A DNA stretch of 63,877 bases, counting the filler, from Hyphochytrium catenoides (Eukaryota > Protista > Hyphochytriomycota), in assembly GCA_900088475.1 (NCBI GenBank). It is 6 parts of 6 records of this genome, joined end to end, with 100 filler letters (N's around TTAATTAATTAA, not from the genome) between each part and the next. Parts side by side here need not be neighbours in the genome. Positions count along the whole stretch, not along the records: positions 1 to 24,987 come from FLMG01003595.1; 5 more parts are not named here. One strand, 5' to 3'. Of this stretch, positions 1-12,250 are shown piece by piece; the first letter of the stretch is position 1; every line of letters starts with the position of its first letter. A model generated the notes under the pieces. That model made no database searches. It saw only the letters and a list, made by a program, of their open reading frames with translations, and was not told the DNA's origin. The position numbers and the translations under genes were made by a program.

Positions 1-564
1 TCCATCCGGAACAACCATTATCCCGCATACCGCTTCGCTTAAGCTGGATAATTGTCCATTCCTATTCTGAAGTCAATGCAGGTGCATACCGTTTTGGAAT
101 TGTCGGCATGCATCTTCGCTCAAAAGGGCGGAGGATATCTTCAGCCACTTTTTAGAGGTGCTAACGGTAAGTACCTCCACCTGTGGACCATCTCCAAAAC
201 CCTCCCCGAAAATAGCAGAAATGACACAGCAATTATGCTCCATGCCGACAAAACAATAGCCGTTGCCGCCTCTTTTTTGACAGCATCTCAGCAAATGACA
301 CAACCCCAATAGAGGATGTTTTGGCGTTCATGGGGGAAGAATATCCTTGGCCTTAGCCGCTACCACATGTGGGGTGCGAGGAAATTTGTGAACTGACTTA
401 CCTATTGATAATAACCTAGATATCATAACTCTGAAACACTTTGTTTTGTGCCTTCTCCCTCTTGTCAGATAGAGTCTGGAACTGTGAGCCTTTTAGAGCT
501 CTTGCCAGCTTCTGCTCTCAACAACCCCTTCCTCTACAAATTGGAGGGCGAGACAAGAAGGTTA

Positions 565-2149
565 CCCCTACGTCTTATGCTATGTTGATGATCTCATCAT
601 AGCTACGAGTGATTCAGAGGAGACAGCACGCTTGAAGGCATCTCTGTGCGCCACCTTCAAGATGACGGACTTACGAGATCTCTCCTACTGCTTGGGTCTG
701 GAGGTAAAGCAGAAGGATGTTACTGTGGACTATCTGAGTCTTACTTCATAGAACTAAGATTTACCAGACCAACTGTCCAAGTACAGTCTCAAACTCCAAG
801 TAGAAGCAGAGATATGAAGGGAAGAAGTGGACTCTAATGTTATCTATGGCTTATAAATAGGAGAGAACAGATACTCTCTATTAGGAATACATCTCAGTAG
901 TATTCAGGATCCAAAATCCAATAGGGTCCAACAATCTAAAGACTACCCTTTCAGGCTTATAAGCCGAGCAGGAACTCATTATATAATTGTCTCCGAATCC
1001 CATACATTCATCAGTTACTATTGCTCTCTTTCTGCGAAAGTATATTGAGTCCATTCTGAAGCGCTTCGGCATGCTTAACTGCAAACCTGCACACACCGCC
1101 TTCTCCCTCTTTGGTGGAGAATCTCTTTCTCTTTACAACGGTGACGGAACCGGGGCTGCAAGAACGGTACATGGAGGCACTTGGTAGTTTAATGTGCGAT
1201 GCAGGGGACTAGACCAGATATTGCTTTTGCTCTCGGCCTACTTGGACGTTTTGCTTCGAAACCAAGTATGGCACACTGGAGCGCGATGAAGCGCTTACTG
1301 CAGTACCTTAAGGCAACGATATATTATACTATTACATAACGCAATCAAGCTCTGTCTTCATTCACTTCTGAAGAACTGATTGGCTTCTCGGATGCGGACT
1401 GGGCTGGTGACAAAAGGGATCGGAAGCGCACTTACGTCTATGTCTTCTTTTATGGTGGTGCAGCGATAACATGGAAATCCAAGAAGCAAGCGACGGTTGC
1501 TCTCTCTAGTACTTAGGCAGAGTGGATTGGTTTGTCGGAGGCAGCAAAGGAGGCGGTGTGGTTAACGCCACTTACTTCGAGACTTGGGACTCAACGAAGA
1601 AATACCAACGACCATTTATGAAGATAATATCTTTCTGGCTGATCATCCTGTTGATCATCATAGGACCAACAAGCACATAGACGTGCGCTGTTACTTTGTA
1701 CGCCACAAAGTAGAGAGTGAAGAACTCAAGGTCAAGTACTTGCCAACGGAAGTCATCATGGTTGCTGATGTTCTCATTAAGGCTCTACCGAGGGAGAAGC
1801 ACTCTGCTTTTGCGTTGGTACTTTGTGTTGGAGTCTGAGGGCACAGCTACGTGGACTACAAGGTGGCAAGCTTAACTACCCAAATTTCAGCTCCAAACTG
1901 CCAGTAGGAGGCCGAGATATGAAGCAAGCGAAATGTCCCTGTTTATATCTATGGCTTATGGTCAGTACCCCAGAATACCTTCAGGACTGACTGTTCTAGA
2001 CAGGGATATCTCAATGAGTGGATTTCTTAGGCTCTATTAGGAATAGTTGGCATAGTCAGAATAGCTCTAGATTGTGGGACCCCAGTTGGGTTTATAAGTA
2101 GTGCACTCTCATCTAATAACATTGTCCAGTAATCCCATATAATCCAACA
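565..2149 (+). mobile_element. Decayed Ty1/copia LTR retrotransposon, 3' part (RT-RNase H plus 3' LTR at about 1850-2149), interrupted by a solo LTR
   Basis: Translated motifs are YVDDLII...[73 protein letters not shown] and KHIDVRCYFVR, with stops and frameshifts. A ~300 bp LTR-like segment follows, ending ...CCAACA at 2149. Confidence 0.9.
724..1013 (+). mobile_element. Solo LTR (290 bp) with 5-bp target-site duplication
   Basis: Starts TGTGGAC and ends TTCATCA, flanked by GTTAC at 719-723 and 1014-1018. Excising it restores the RT frame (KQKDVTIALFLRKYIE). It shares blocks (gtggacta, gagatatgaag, tatctatggcttat, ctctattaggaata, aatcccata) with the LTR at 1850-2149. Confidence 0.9.
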
Positions 2150-2169
2150 GCAGATAGTGCGCTCTTAGA

Positions 2170-2858
2170 TGTTGACTTGTGGGGTACTTGGGAAATGGGA
2201 AAGTGAGATTAGAATGAAGTGGGGGCCGTACCAGAGGACGCGCACTTACTGGTGTCTGAATACTTGGATGCCTCACAGCCACTCATTTAGATGGTGGTCT
2301 GACGCCATACATAATACTAGCAGCTAACTGTGCTAACTTGTAATGGCGATATCTCAGCAACTAGAAAGAGTTAGAAGCTGAGATTTGGATAGTATAATGA
2401 CCGTCATCTATACTACCGGATCCTACATCCAATACTCCCCCGCAGTACGAATAATCTAGCGAGTACTGGAGTTCTTAGAACCACCACGAACGCCTAACGC
2501 GACACGGAATTCACGAAAACGAGGAGGCCAAGGAAGACCCTTGGTCAAAAACATCAGCCGTCATATCACACGATTTGGTGAATGTCAGCTTGATACTCCC
2601 AGACGTTACCTCTTCTCGGACGACGCAGTGCTTGACATCGATGTGCTTGGACTTGGGCCGAGCCATCTCGCAAACCGTGATCGTGCTCTTGTTATCCTGA
2701 AAGATCTCTATTGGTCCCTTCTGAGGACATCCTAGCTCCCCCAGAAGGCAAAGAATATGATCCACGTGCTTGGTTGCCGCCCAAAGAGAGATGCATTCCG
2801 CCTCCGTCGAAGAAGAAGCTGTGAGTTGCTGCTTCAGCGACTTCCACACGAAGGCGCC
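2170..2858 (-). mobile_element. Second decayed Ty1/copia 3' end (RNase H, PPT, 3' LTR 2170-2434)
   Basis: Minus ORF 2511-2849 reads WKSLKQQLTASSSTEAE...IFQDNKS...KSKHIDVKH...MTADVF (copia RNase H). The polypurine tract GCGGGGGAG (2435-2443) is directly followed by TATTGG..., and the element ends ...TCAACA at 2170. Confidence 0.85.
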
Positions 2859-2939
2859 TTATCTAAGACTTCTAAGGCGGTTATAAGAACTTTTCTCTGA
2901 GATCGAACCGTATTGACTAATTAGCATTGGTGGCACAAG

Positions 2940-3190
2940 CAGCTTGATCTCAGAGGGAGCAGAGAGCGAAAGAGGGAGAGAAGAGATAGAACTAGAGATG
3001 AGAGCAGCCTCCTTGGTAGTAAGGGCTACGCTGATAATAGCCAACCGTTGGACCAAAGGACTCGGACCACCCATCCTCGTCGGCTAGTTGTCGTGAAAGC
3101 CGCTCTCCGATGACGAGCGCCGTCTCTCCTATCCACCCCCTTGTCCCCGCGCTTGCCCCACAAGATAAAAGGGAGAGCTTGTAGTTCAGA
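2940..3190. repeat. Diverged dispersed repeat, copy 1 (paralog at about 18040-18320)
   Basis: Shared blocks in the same order in both places: gagcagcc..tggta..aagggc.ac.ctgata..gccaa, acccatcctcgtcg.ctagtt, tatccacc, gcgcttgc, gagagct. Confidence 0.7.
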
Positions 3191-4751
3191 TAAGTATGTG
3201 ATAATTCTACACGGAGTATACACATATAACACATACCTGGCGCTATGTTAAGGTGCAGCAACTACAAACATCGATTCGTGTCAGAGGTAGGCACTTGTTG
3301 AACGGCTGGATGGTACCAATCGCCCTAGTTCTCTTGCCTCCACTATTATCTGCACGTCATACTGAGTTCAGTGGTAGGGTTGTAAGAAACATTCGAACGC
3401 AACACAGAGCAGTGAGGTAGCGTAGATAGAGCCAACCATGCCAGCATTCAGAAAGAGCCGTCAGTTCCTACTACGGCGGTAATAATGTTGACTCAACAGT
3501 GAGATTAGGACTACCTCGACAATGGAATGATTTATTCTGAATTTATTCTCACTTTCATCAAACAGTCCCACGCTCTTCATGTCTCTCATCTAAACATGAA
3601 ACGTACGATATCACCACTTTTTCGCTCTTGATAGCTCCTCCGGATGTCGGCGCCTTTCTGCCATCAACCTCTTCCTCACGAGTCCTTTCAGTCATCACCA
3701 CCCATTCTTTCTAAGTCTCAGAGAATTCCAACCTCAAAGACTGTCCTTCTTCTTCAAAGACCCCGCGCGACAGGCTTTCAGCATCTGCGAAATCGCCTGA
3801 GATAAATACGAATCTTCACGAAACCTCACAGCTGGGTCACCCGTGCTGTTACACCTCCCAAATATCTTAGTTTACTCTTCGAACCTAATATTCGATCCTT
3901 GCTTTTACAGCCAAGAGAGATGTTACCAATTGGTCTTCAAGCAGCCTCAGACTGCAGCCTGCACCCCTTTTGTCGGCCGGGCCTTCAATCGCCTATTCCT
4001 GTTGGAGAGATATTTGCAGCAAGGGCTGGTAATCGGGACTCAAGAGGGGGAGACGTGTCAACCGCCTATTGACCTGCCTTGCTCTCTTCTTCTGCTTCAT
4101 AGGCTGTCAAGCTGGGGCTGAAGAGGAGCTAATAAGGGAAATAGAGACAAGAGGGCCGACGCTCTGCATCTTGAATCCTTGGTTTTTATTTATTCGAGCC
4201 CTTGAAAGAGCAATTTTAACAAGGAGACTGGTCACTTCTCTCCTCTAATAACATAGTGCATATCTGCAGAGAGTGATGAGAGAAGTCTACCTCCTTCCCC
4301 AGCAGACAAGCCCAGGTTTCTCTCTGTGTTTCGTGGAGTTGGCGGAGGGAAAATAGAGTGGCCTAGAGTAGATTGGTACTCTGTAGAATTACGGGCTGTA
4401 GATGCCGGGAAGAGGAGGAAAGGAGACGTGAGAGATGAGAAAGGAGCTGCCCCGTTTATATTAAGGAAAAAAGCCATAGAGACTACTAAGAGGTGATAGC
4501 AGAGCGGAGGGAAAAGAAGAGGAAGAGGATCATAAGATCAGCCACATTACTACTTTCCAAAAGAGGAAAGGACCACGCTTGTCGAAAGAGACAGAGAGGA
4601 GAAGGACAGCGGTTTTCATCGTCTGTCACTCGCTGTGTTAAGCGTCGTTGGACACTTTCCTCTGCTATAAAAGAGGCTCCAGCTTGTTCCTCTGTTCTTT
4701 TGCGCTCTTTCTCTTTCTCTGGTCTGCCTTCGTTTCCGTCTTCTTCCTGCT

Positions 4752-6585
4752 CTATTGTGCCGGAGGCTCCTCATCGATTCGAACTTCCTGGAGAACATGA
4801 GAAGGCAACGGGGCCTTTGGTCCGCCTGCTTTCTCCCTCTCCCTCTCGCTTTGGGCACGTTCCAGCTCTTCTCTCCGCTGTCTGGCTCCCTCTTCATAAA
4901 GCGCTAATTTGTCCAGCAATGTCTTCCTCTCCTTCTCTAGCTCAGCTATTCTTCTTTCTCTCTCCTCCAACAAGCGCTCTTCATGCTCCCCAATCTGCAC
5001 GACCACCGTACTAAGGAGCTTGAACACGCGCCAGATGCGGAACAGAATAAGCACCTCTACCACCTGCACAGTCCAAAGGGATAGGGAGATAGATAATAAA
5101 TGGATAGACACATTGATGGAGATAGAGGAGAGATAGAGAGGGAAAGATCAATAGAGTTGAATAGACAAAGAAAGGTGGAGAGATAGGTACGCCCGAGTAA
5201 TCTGGAGGGAACAGGAGGAGACGTAGTAAGAGGATATGATGGTGACTGGTCGGGCATCTCCGTTAAAAAACAAAACAGAAGAAGCGACACGACTGACCAC
5301 AAGAGAGTCAAGTAGAGAGAGAGAGAGATGAGAGGAAAAGGGAGATAGAGAAAACTACGGGGCAGGAGAGGGCCTAAGATGGAAAAAGAAACAGCACGCA
5401 GGAGAAAAAGAGAGGTGGAGCACGAGGGGCGAGATGCAACTCTGCAACAGGGGTGTGAGAGCAAGAGAGAGATCTTGACCTCTGTGACTCTTCCCCAGAA
5501 GACCAACTCCAAGACAAAGCTTGCGATGATCGCCACAGCGTCCAGCAGGTGGAACTGCCAATGCTTCTCTGAAGCGAAAGGGAGAGAGGCAAAAAAGAGG
5601 TAGATATACAGAGAGGCGAGAGGTAGATAGATAGTTAGAGAAAGAGGAAGAGAGTGAGAACTGAGAGGCCTGACCAGAGAAGAGATAGAGAAGAGAGATA
5701 GCCAGGAGAGGCAGATATAGAAGAGAGAGGAAGAAAACGGGAGCAAAAAAAACGTAGTGCTAATTTTCCCAACGCCCAAAGTGTCAGAGATAAGATTGTC
5801 GAAAGAGAAACTGACACAGAGAACAGCGAAAGAGTAAGATAGAAGACAAGACGGAGATAACGAGACGATGGGAAGTTAAAGACACAGAACACCGCGGTGA
5901 ACAAGCAGAAGGGGAACATAGGAAGGAAAGTAAGGTATCTGTGTGTGTGCGAAGCATGCCTGCAAGAGAGGTAAAAGGGAACGAGAAAAACGAGAGAGCG
6001 GGAGTGGGAGAGAAAGCGACGCGATAGAATCCGAGGAGAGAGGAACAGAAATAGTTTCTTTACCTCTATAAAAGTATTCCGGTCCAAAGGCAATAAGTCT
6101 GAGGACAAGCTCAACCATAAAGATGCAAATAACGGCAAAGGAGCCGCGCGCCACGGCCTCGACTTTATGATGACTCTCTCCCTCGTCAGCCTCCACCGCA
6201 CCCGCGACCACCTGGAGAGAGAAAGTAGGAAGGCGGAGAGAGACGGGATGAGACAAAGGGATAGAGGTAGAGGAGATTCGAGAAACAACGAGCAAGTGAG
6301 CGCCCCCACCGGAGGGAGAGCAAGACACATTGTGGAAGCAGACCAAAAGAGTAAGGGAGAAGGAGGAGCATGCGCGAGTGACAAAAGGAGGTGGAAAGTG
6401 GGACCCATTCCAGGTTCAGATCAAGGAATCTGCAACAGAGAACAGCGAGGACCGACAGGAAAGTGGGGACAGTCTACCTCTATAATGAGGAAGACGAGGT
6501 TTATCCCTGTGAGTGCGATGACGGTGATGTGTGCCCACTTGCTCTCTAGTAAGTCTCTCAGCTTCTGACGTCCTTCCGCGAACAT
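4752..6585 (-). CDS. HVCN1: Hv1-family voltage-gated proton channel-like protein (VSD only plus C-terminal coiled coil), about 218 aa, 4 exons: 6585-6478, 6211-6064, 5568-5480, 5063-4752
   Basis: Introns are phase-consistent GT-AG. S1 KWAHITVIALTGINLVFLIIE, S2 SFAVICIFMVELVLRLIAFGPEYF, S3 FHLLDAVAIIASFVLELVF and S4 LILFRIWRVFKLL (RxWRxxR-like) are followed by a coiled coil (ERERRIAELEKERKTLLDKL). There is no pore domain. Confidence 0.88.
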
Positions 6586-7019
6586 GGTAGCGGACCGAGA
6601 AAACAAGAAAGAAAGGGCGAGAGAAAAAGACCGCGCGCAAGGGAGAAAGACGCTCTGGGACAGATATAGGCCCGATGATGTAGAAAAGGGAGAATAAGAT
6701 CGGAGGAAAAGAGACCAATAGGGGGAGAGTAGGAAGAGATGCAGCACTAGAAACTCTGATGAATGGAACAGGGGTCAGGAAGTAGATAGGATCCGAGAGG
6801 CAAAGGGAGAGATTGATGGATAAACGGCTGAGGGAGAGAGTGCGCTTAGAAGATGAGGATTGTGTGACTGGGAGGGAAGATTGACTGATCGCGCTGCTGC
6901 ACTAAAGGAAGGATGGCAATGAGAAAAGAGATCCTCCTCGGAGAAGCGAAGGGATTGTGAGATTGATGTTACCAACGAGATGAACAGAGAGAGGGAGGGA
7001 GAGAGAGCGAGCGAGAGAA

Positions 7020-7050
<31 letters not shown>

Positions 7051-7567
7051 CGGAGAAAGCTCCCAGAGGTGCGGTTGCCAATTTCTGGGAGGGATCAGGT
7101 TGGCAAGACCCTTTTTCCTCATGTCATTCCGCCCCACTCTGTGTCTCTCAGTTTCCCTCTGTCTCACTTTCCGAACCCACTAATGCCTTGGAGCAATTAT
7201 CTCTTGGCTTTTCGTCTTCCTCTGTCTCCCACTCCAATTTCAATCTGTGTTTATGTGTTTATGCCTCTCCTCTTCTGTCTGGGTGAAAGGGTTGACCCAT
7301 TCCGAATACATACTAGCCTCATGTACAGTAGTTCTCAGGGATAGAAGCCTCTGGTTCCAAATCAGTAGCTTGGATATGCAATAAGGCTACTATCCATAAT
7401 TCGTTTTAGTTGGGTACGACGGACAGTGAGAAGGCTGCTGTAGCTTTTCGCTTTATGGGTAATATGGGTCCTGGGCGGATGTAACCGACGACAAAGCTTC
7501 TTCTTTCTTCATCAGCTGCACACCGTCCTTCCATCCAGTTGCTACCGTCTCCTCTCTCTCTCCTCTC

Positions 7568-7618
<51 letters not shown>

Positions 7619-8379
7619 CTCACACTCTCACTGTCATCACTGATTGCGAAGCATGACATCCCTACATTTATTATGCCAACTAGTGTGTAGGGTAGAAGAG
7701 ACCCTTGTGACGGGAAAAAACAAGAAGAAGCACCTGATGAAAGGAGAGAATAGAACCAAAAGACCGGGGCCGCTCGACATGGCAGCTGACAGAGGAGAGG
7801 AGGGAAGCGGGGCGATGAAGGAAAGACATCTATCCTGATTGCTGGTTGAGGTCTTCGTCTTTCTTATTGTTGTTGTATCTCTCTCTTTGTCTCTAGTAGC
7901 TTTTTTTCTCCGCCGTCTCGATGTTCTCCCTGTCGAATATATGCCCAACAAGGTCTCTCCTACTTCCTCTACTATCTAGCCATTCCGCATCCCCATCAGC
8001 AGAGCCAAGACTCTCTCTTTTCATTGTTTTCTGGCAAGGAGAATGATACTAAGATGAAATACGTAGTATAAGAAGAGGGCTAAAGGTAGTTGCTAATATT
8101 CTCCTAGTGCCCCTCCTGATCCTGCTCTGTGCTCTGGCCGTCAAGCGGGAGGGCGAATAAGAGCTAAGAAAGGCATTCAGCAGGGAAACAAGCGTAGACC
8201 TAACGGCAAGCCTCAAAAATATAGGAGCAATGTTGGCAGAGCAATGCACTTGTGAGGTCGTCCCGCTCTGGGCTGAAAGAGGACTCAGGGCAGAAGACGT
8301 AATGCCCTAAAGATGAGCACATTGTGAAAGGAGGATCTTCTTACCTCTCAGAGGCCAGAAGCGATTCTCGTCCATCTAT

Positions 8380-11300
8380 TCACTGTCATCTAATGCTCAG
8401 TCCTGGTATTGCCAGTTGATAGAGGTTATTATTGGATGCTCTTAAGCTTTAGAGAACACTCCATTCACGTGGAGCAGTAAGAGCAAAGAGTCTCTTCAGC
8501 GCAAAGAGACCCGTCACCCAAGGCTGCGCTCTTGAAAAGGTTCTAAATGTGACAAGATGCTAAGAGTAAGAACGTCATATTAGTTTAGAGCATGAAGGAG
8601 AGGAGCCCTTCCTTCCAGGTAACCTCCTCTTCCTATTCTTAGACGGCTACGGCGACTACACTGCTGCGGGTCTACTTTTTGGGTTGCGCAACAACAAGGT
8701 AGAGAAAAGAGTACCAGAGAGAGATAGAGGAGAGAGAGAGAGAGAGACACACAGAGAGAGAGACACAGAGCGAGAGGCAGAGAGCGAGAGCGAGAGAGAA
8801 CGAGAAACGGAGACAACGAAGGAGAGAGAGAGCAGATAAGAAATGGAGAGGAGAGGAAAAGCGAGAACTCCCTAGAATCTGTCTGCAAAGAGGTGACATA
8901 TCGTGTTTAGAAGCATTGAATATTTTTCTTTGCGCCGGAGATCAAAAGAGAGAGACGGAGAGGAAGTAGTAGAGAAGATAGTTTGCTCTCACCAGCTCCT
9001 TGGGCTGCCAGATGTTAGAGTAGATATAGCTGATAAAGAAGAGGTCATAATGATGGCAGGGGTAACAGCTCTGTCTCCGCCCCAGCTGCCAGCCCTTAGC
9101 TCCGACAAAGCCTCTCTGATCGACCTCAGTAGAATAGATGAGATAATTATTCTCTCTCATGAAAAGAAAAACTACGTCGGATTTGGAGAAGAGACGATAA
9201 GAGAAGTGAGCGACGATGGGAGTGCAAGTAGAGTGACTGCGGCGATGGCTAGAAGAATACCAAGAAAGAGAGATCTCTTTACCTTTTGATCAGTCCTTGG
9301 CCCCGACCTTCTTTGGTGGATATTAAGTGGCAGCTGCCTGACGGAACCACAAGGAAGTCTCCAAGCGAACGCACAGAAGAGTGTTGAGTGAGAGAAGATC
9401 AGCACGGTCATCACCTAGGACGGCCGGTATCAATTAGCAATAGACCGTGCACTGCCTGGATGGCGGTGGGCGAACCTAGGCCAGAGAACAACCTGAAGAC
9501 CTAAAACTCTCTGCGCCATCAATCTGACAATGCAGAGATCCCGCTTTATATCCGATGATGGCAGCAGCGATGGGAGCCTTTGTGCTCATAAAAGTCAACT
9601 TTCAACAGCTTCTGGTTCTCCTGGGACAACCTTGGGCCAATCCAGGCCCTCGGCCAGCTCTTAACATAGCATACAGCAGCTTGTGGTTCCCCTAGCAAAG
9701 AAATATTTTGCCGTCGGTCATTCCGTTTTTGTTCACTCTAGCTCCTCAGGCTTCCACCATCATCTACAATCGCAGGCAGTGCTTTTTCCTGGCAGAAGGA
9801 CTTAATCCGCACCGTAGTCCGTGCCCTACTTCTCAGCTCAAATGTCCCAGATGGGGGCCTCGGGATGTTACCCACTTAGTTCCGCAGAGAGACGATGCCT
9901 CTCAGAGAAGAAAGATGCGAATGCGTTGGTTTGTGAAGCGTGGGGACTAGGTTCATCATTTCTTTGACTGGAGATCTTGGGTGGGGTGTCTTTCCGCGGG
10001 AAAGCTCTCTCTTCATGGCTCTGTCGCCGCCTCCATCTGGCGTCTCAAAGAGATATGTCACAACCCGCCAACCACTTGATTGCGCGCTGGATACGGATCG
10101 ACCGGTGTATGGGATGTGACCTCTCCTCTTAGTAGAGAGTATTCCCAGGAAGGATAGTCCTGACTCGAAGAGTCAATGAATGGCTCTGACGAAGGATATT
10201 CTCTTTCTTTTGCCTTTCTGCTCTCTCCTCTCTGCATGTTCCTATGATAGCCTCTTGACTTAATCTCTTGCATGTCACGACTTCTATCTTTGCATCCTCA
10301 GCAGGTAGACTGACTCTCCTTAGAAAGACTCTTTCCTTGCCCTCTATAATCTTGGGATATTCGTGCTCTCTCTCTCTCTTGCTCCCTCTCTCTCTGTTTT
10401 TCTCCTCTATCTTTATCGGTCAGCCTCTCTCTTTCCAATCTTTTGACCGGCATTGTATTATATGGCAGCTAATAAACTCTTCTCGAAGCAGGGGGCATTA
10501 TTACTTGCGCGCATTCTCTCTCTCGAAGTTTTTCTCTGCGTGGTGCTTGTCTGGACTGAGGCCGCGCCAGCCAAGGTACAGACAAAGCACCTTTCAGTCT
10601 TCTTCAAGACTCAACATCGACCTTCTTACATTAAGGATTAGTACCGGCTTCGCCTGGATCCTTCTGTTCGCTGTAGTCAGTCCTGAGAGCTGCTAGTTGT
10701 GCCCTAACTCTGACCAGACACAGAAACCGCAGACCGCCATTTTCTCTCTACTATCAATGGACCGCTTAGTCTGCAGCATGGAGACTGATGACCGCTGACT
10801 TTGCGAGTAGAGACTTCTTTAGTCTCACGGCTTGGCCTCCTCCGCTAACCCTTCAGAGGTACACCCCTAACTTTTCTTTCTTTCCACACGGCTGCAAGTC
10901 CCAGCAGGGATGGGCCCCAAGGTCCTCCGTCCTTTCTCTCTGACCTCTCGCCCTTGGGCTGTGAACGTGCCAGAAGCAAATCCATGGCGTCTCAGTTCTA
11001 CTTCCGCCTTACTCTCTTCGTGATGGTGCCCTGACCTGATAGAAAGTTGTTTCCTCGGTCCGCCTGTTATCTCTACCTTGTCCACACTCTCTCTCTTCCG
11101 GATTGATGTCTCGTTGCACTTTGGCAATCTCTATGGGCTCTGGTGGGGTCTACCAGCTCCTCCTCTTTGAAGTTCACTCTCCTGCGGACTCCGCCGGATC
11201 GCATGTCTTCGTCGAGTTGCTGGGCGGCGCCATTGGCTCATCTGCCTTGGTCTCCTTTACCGGCCTCTTCTCTTGCTCTTTCGCTTTCTTCGACGTTAGG

Positions 11301-12250
11301 AACTTGCTTTGCTAATAAGATGACGTCAAACTGAACGATATTTCCCGCCGATCCTGAAGGAGAACAGGTGTCCTCTGCATTTGGCTTGGTGCTTGGGCTC
11401 CTCCTGCTCCCCCTGTTTCCTATCCCTCCATCCCTCTATCCCTCTATCCCTCTATATCTCTCTCTAACTCTATGCTTAGCCTATAGATATTCTTGCCCAA
11501 CTCAAAAAGCTGAGAGCCCCGTCTTTCACACGGGGCTCGTGAGCAAAGGAAGACCTGTATGGCAAGCTTTGGTCTTGTCGTTGGGAGTGGGCTCACTTTA
11601 TTCTACTCCTAGGGTGGCCTCTCTCTCTGTATCTCTCTGCTTCATGCTGGGGCTCTCCTGCATGTGGCTGCTGTCTCCTGTCGGACTGGTACTGCATCAA
11701 GGCAGCCACCAGTATGCTTAGGACTAGGGCCTCCTTTGGTCCAAGCTCTCGTCCTGTGCCGCAGCTGTCGGTTGACGACATATGCTGGGTCCATTGCATC
11801 TTAGAGATAAAGCGTCAAACAGTCTCTACGCTGGAATACATCGCCATCTCTTCTGGCGCGCGCGGCAGTCTTGGTAAAAGCAGTTGTACCGGTGCTCTCG
11901 TGAGCTGAGTCCGTTCACCTTCTCTCGCTGCTAATAACTTTGCTAGATTACGAGCTACCTCTTTGATCTTTCTCAAACAGACTCCTTTCATCATCCGGTG
12001 GACCCACGGAAACTTCAAATGTGTCCGATCAAGCTTGGAGCGACCTAAGTATACGCTGCTTGCGGTGCCACCATGTCCGAAATTTTATGCCCTAGAGAAG
12101 CTCTGTTGCTAGTGTTGCTTCTTTCCCTTGACACATGCTGCCCAAGCCCGTGGACCGGTAGCCGTACTCGTGGCATCTCATTCGTCGCCGGTCAATATGG
12201 CAATGCATGACGAGGCAGCCCACACTCTAGTCGCAGATTCAAGTCCTTCT
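8380..12250 (-). mobile_element. Probable heavily decayed non-LTR (L1/Tx1-like) retrotransposon
   Basis: Weak remnants occur in the expected order on the minus strand: a degenerate zinc-knuckle-like RCHEYGY (about 12150), LPSSLTSLIVSSPNPT*FFFS*ERIIISSILL (about 9200, resembling RT LPSLI..Q..F...R.I..NIL) and GRGGYLEGRAPLLHAL (about 8610, resembling RGVRQG.PL.PLLF). No long ORF survives. Confidence 0.3.
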
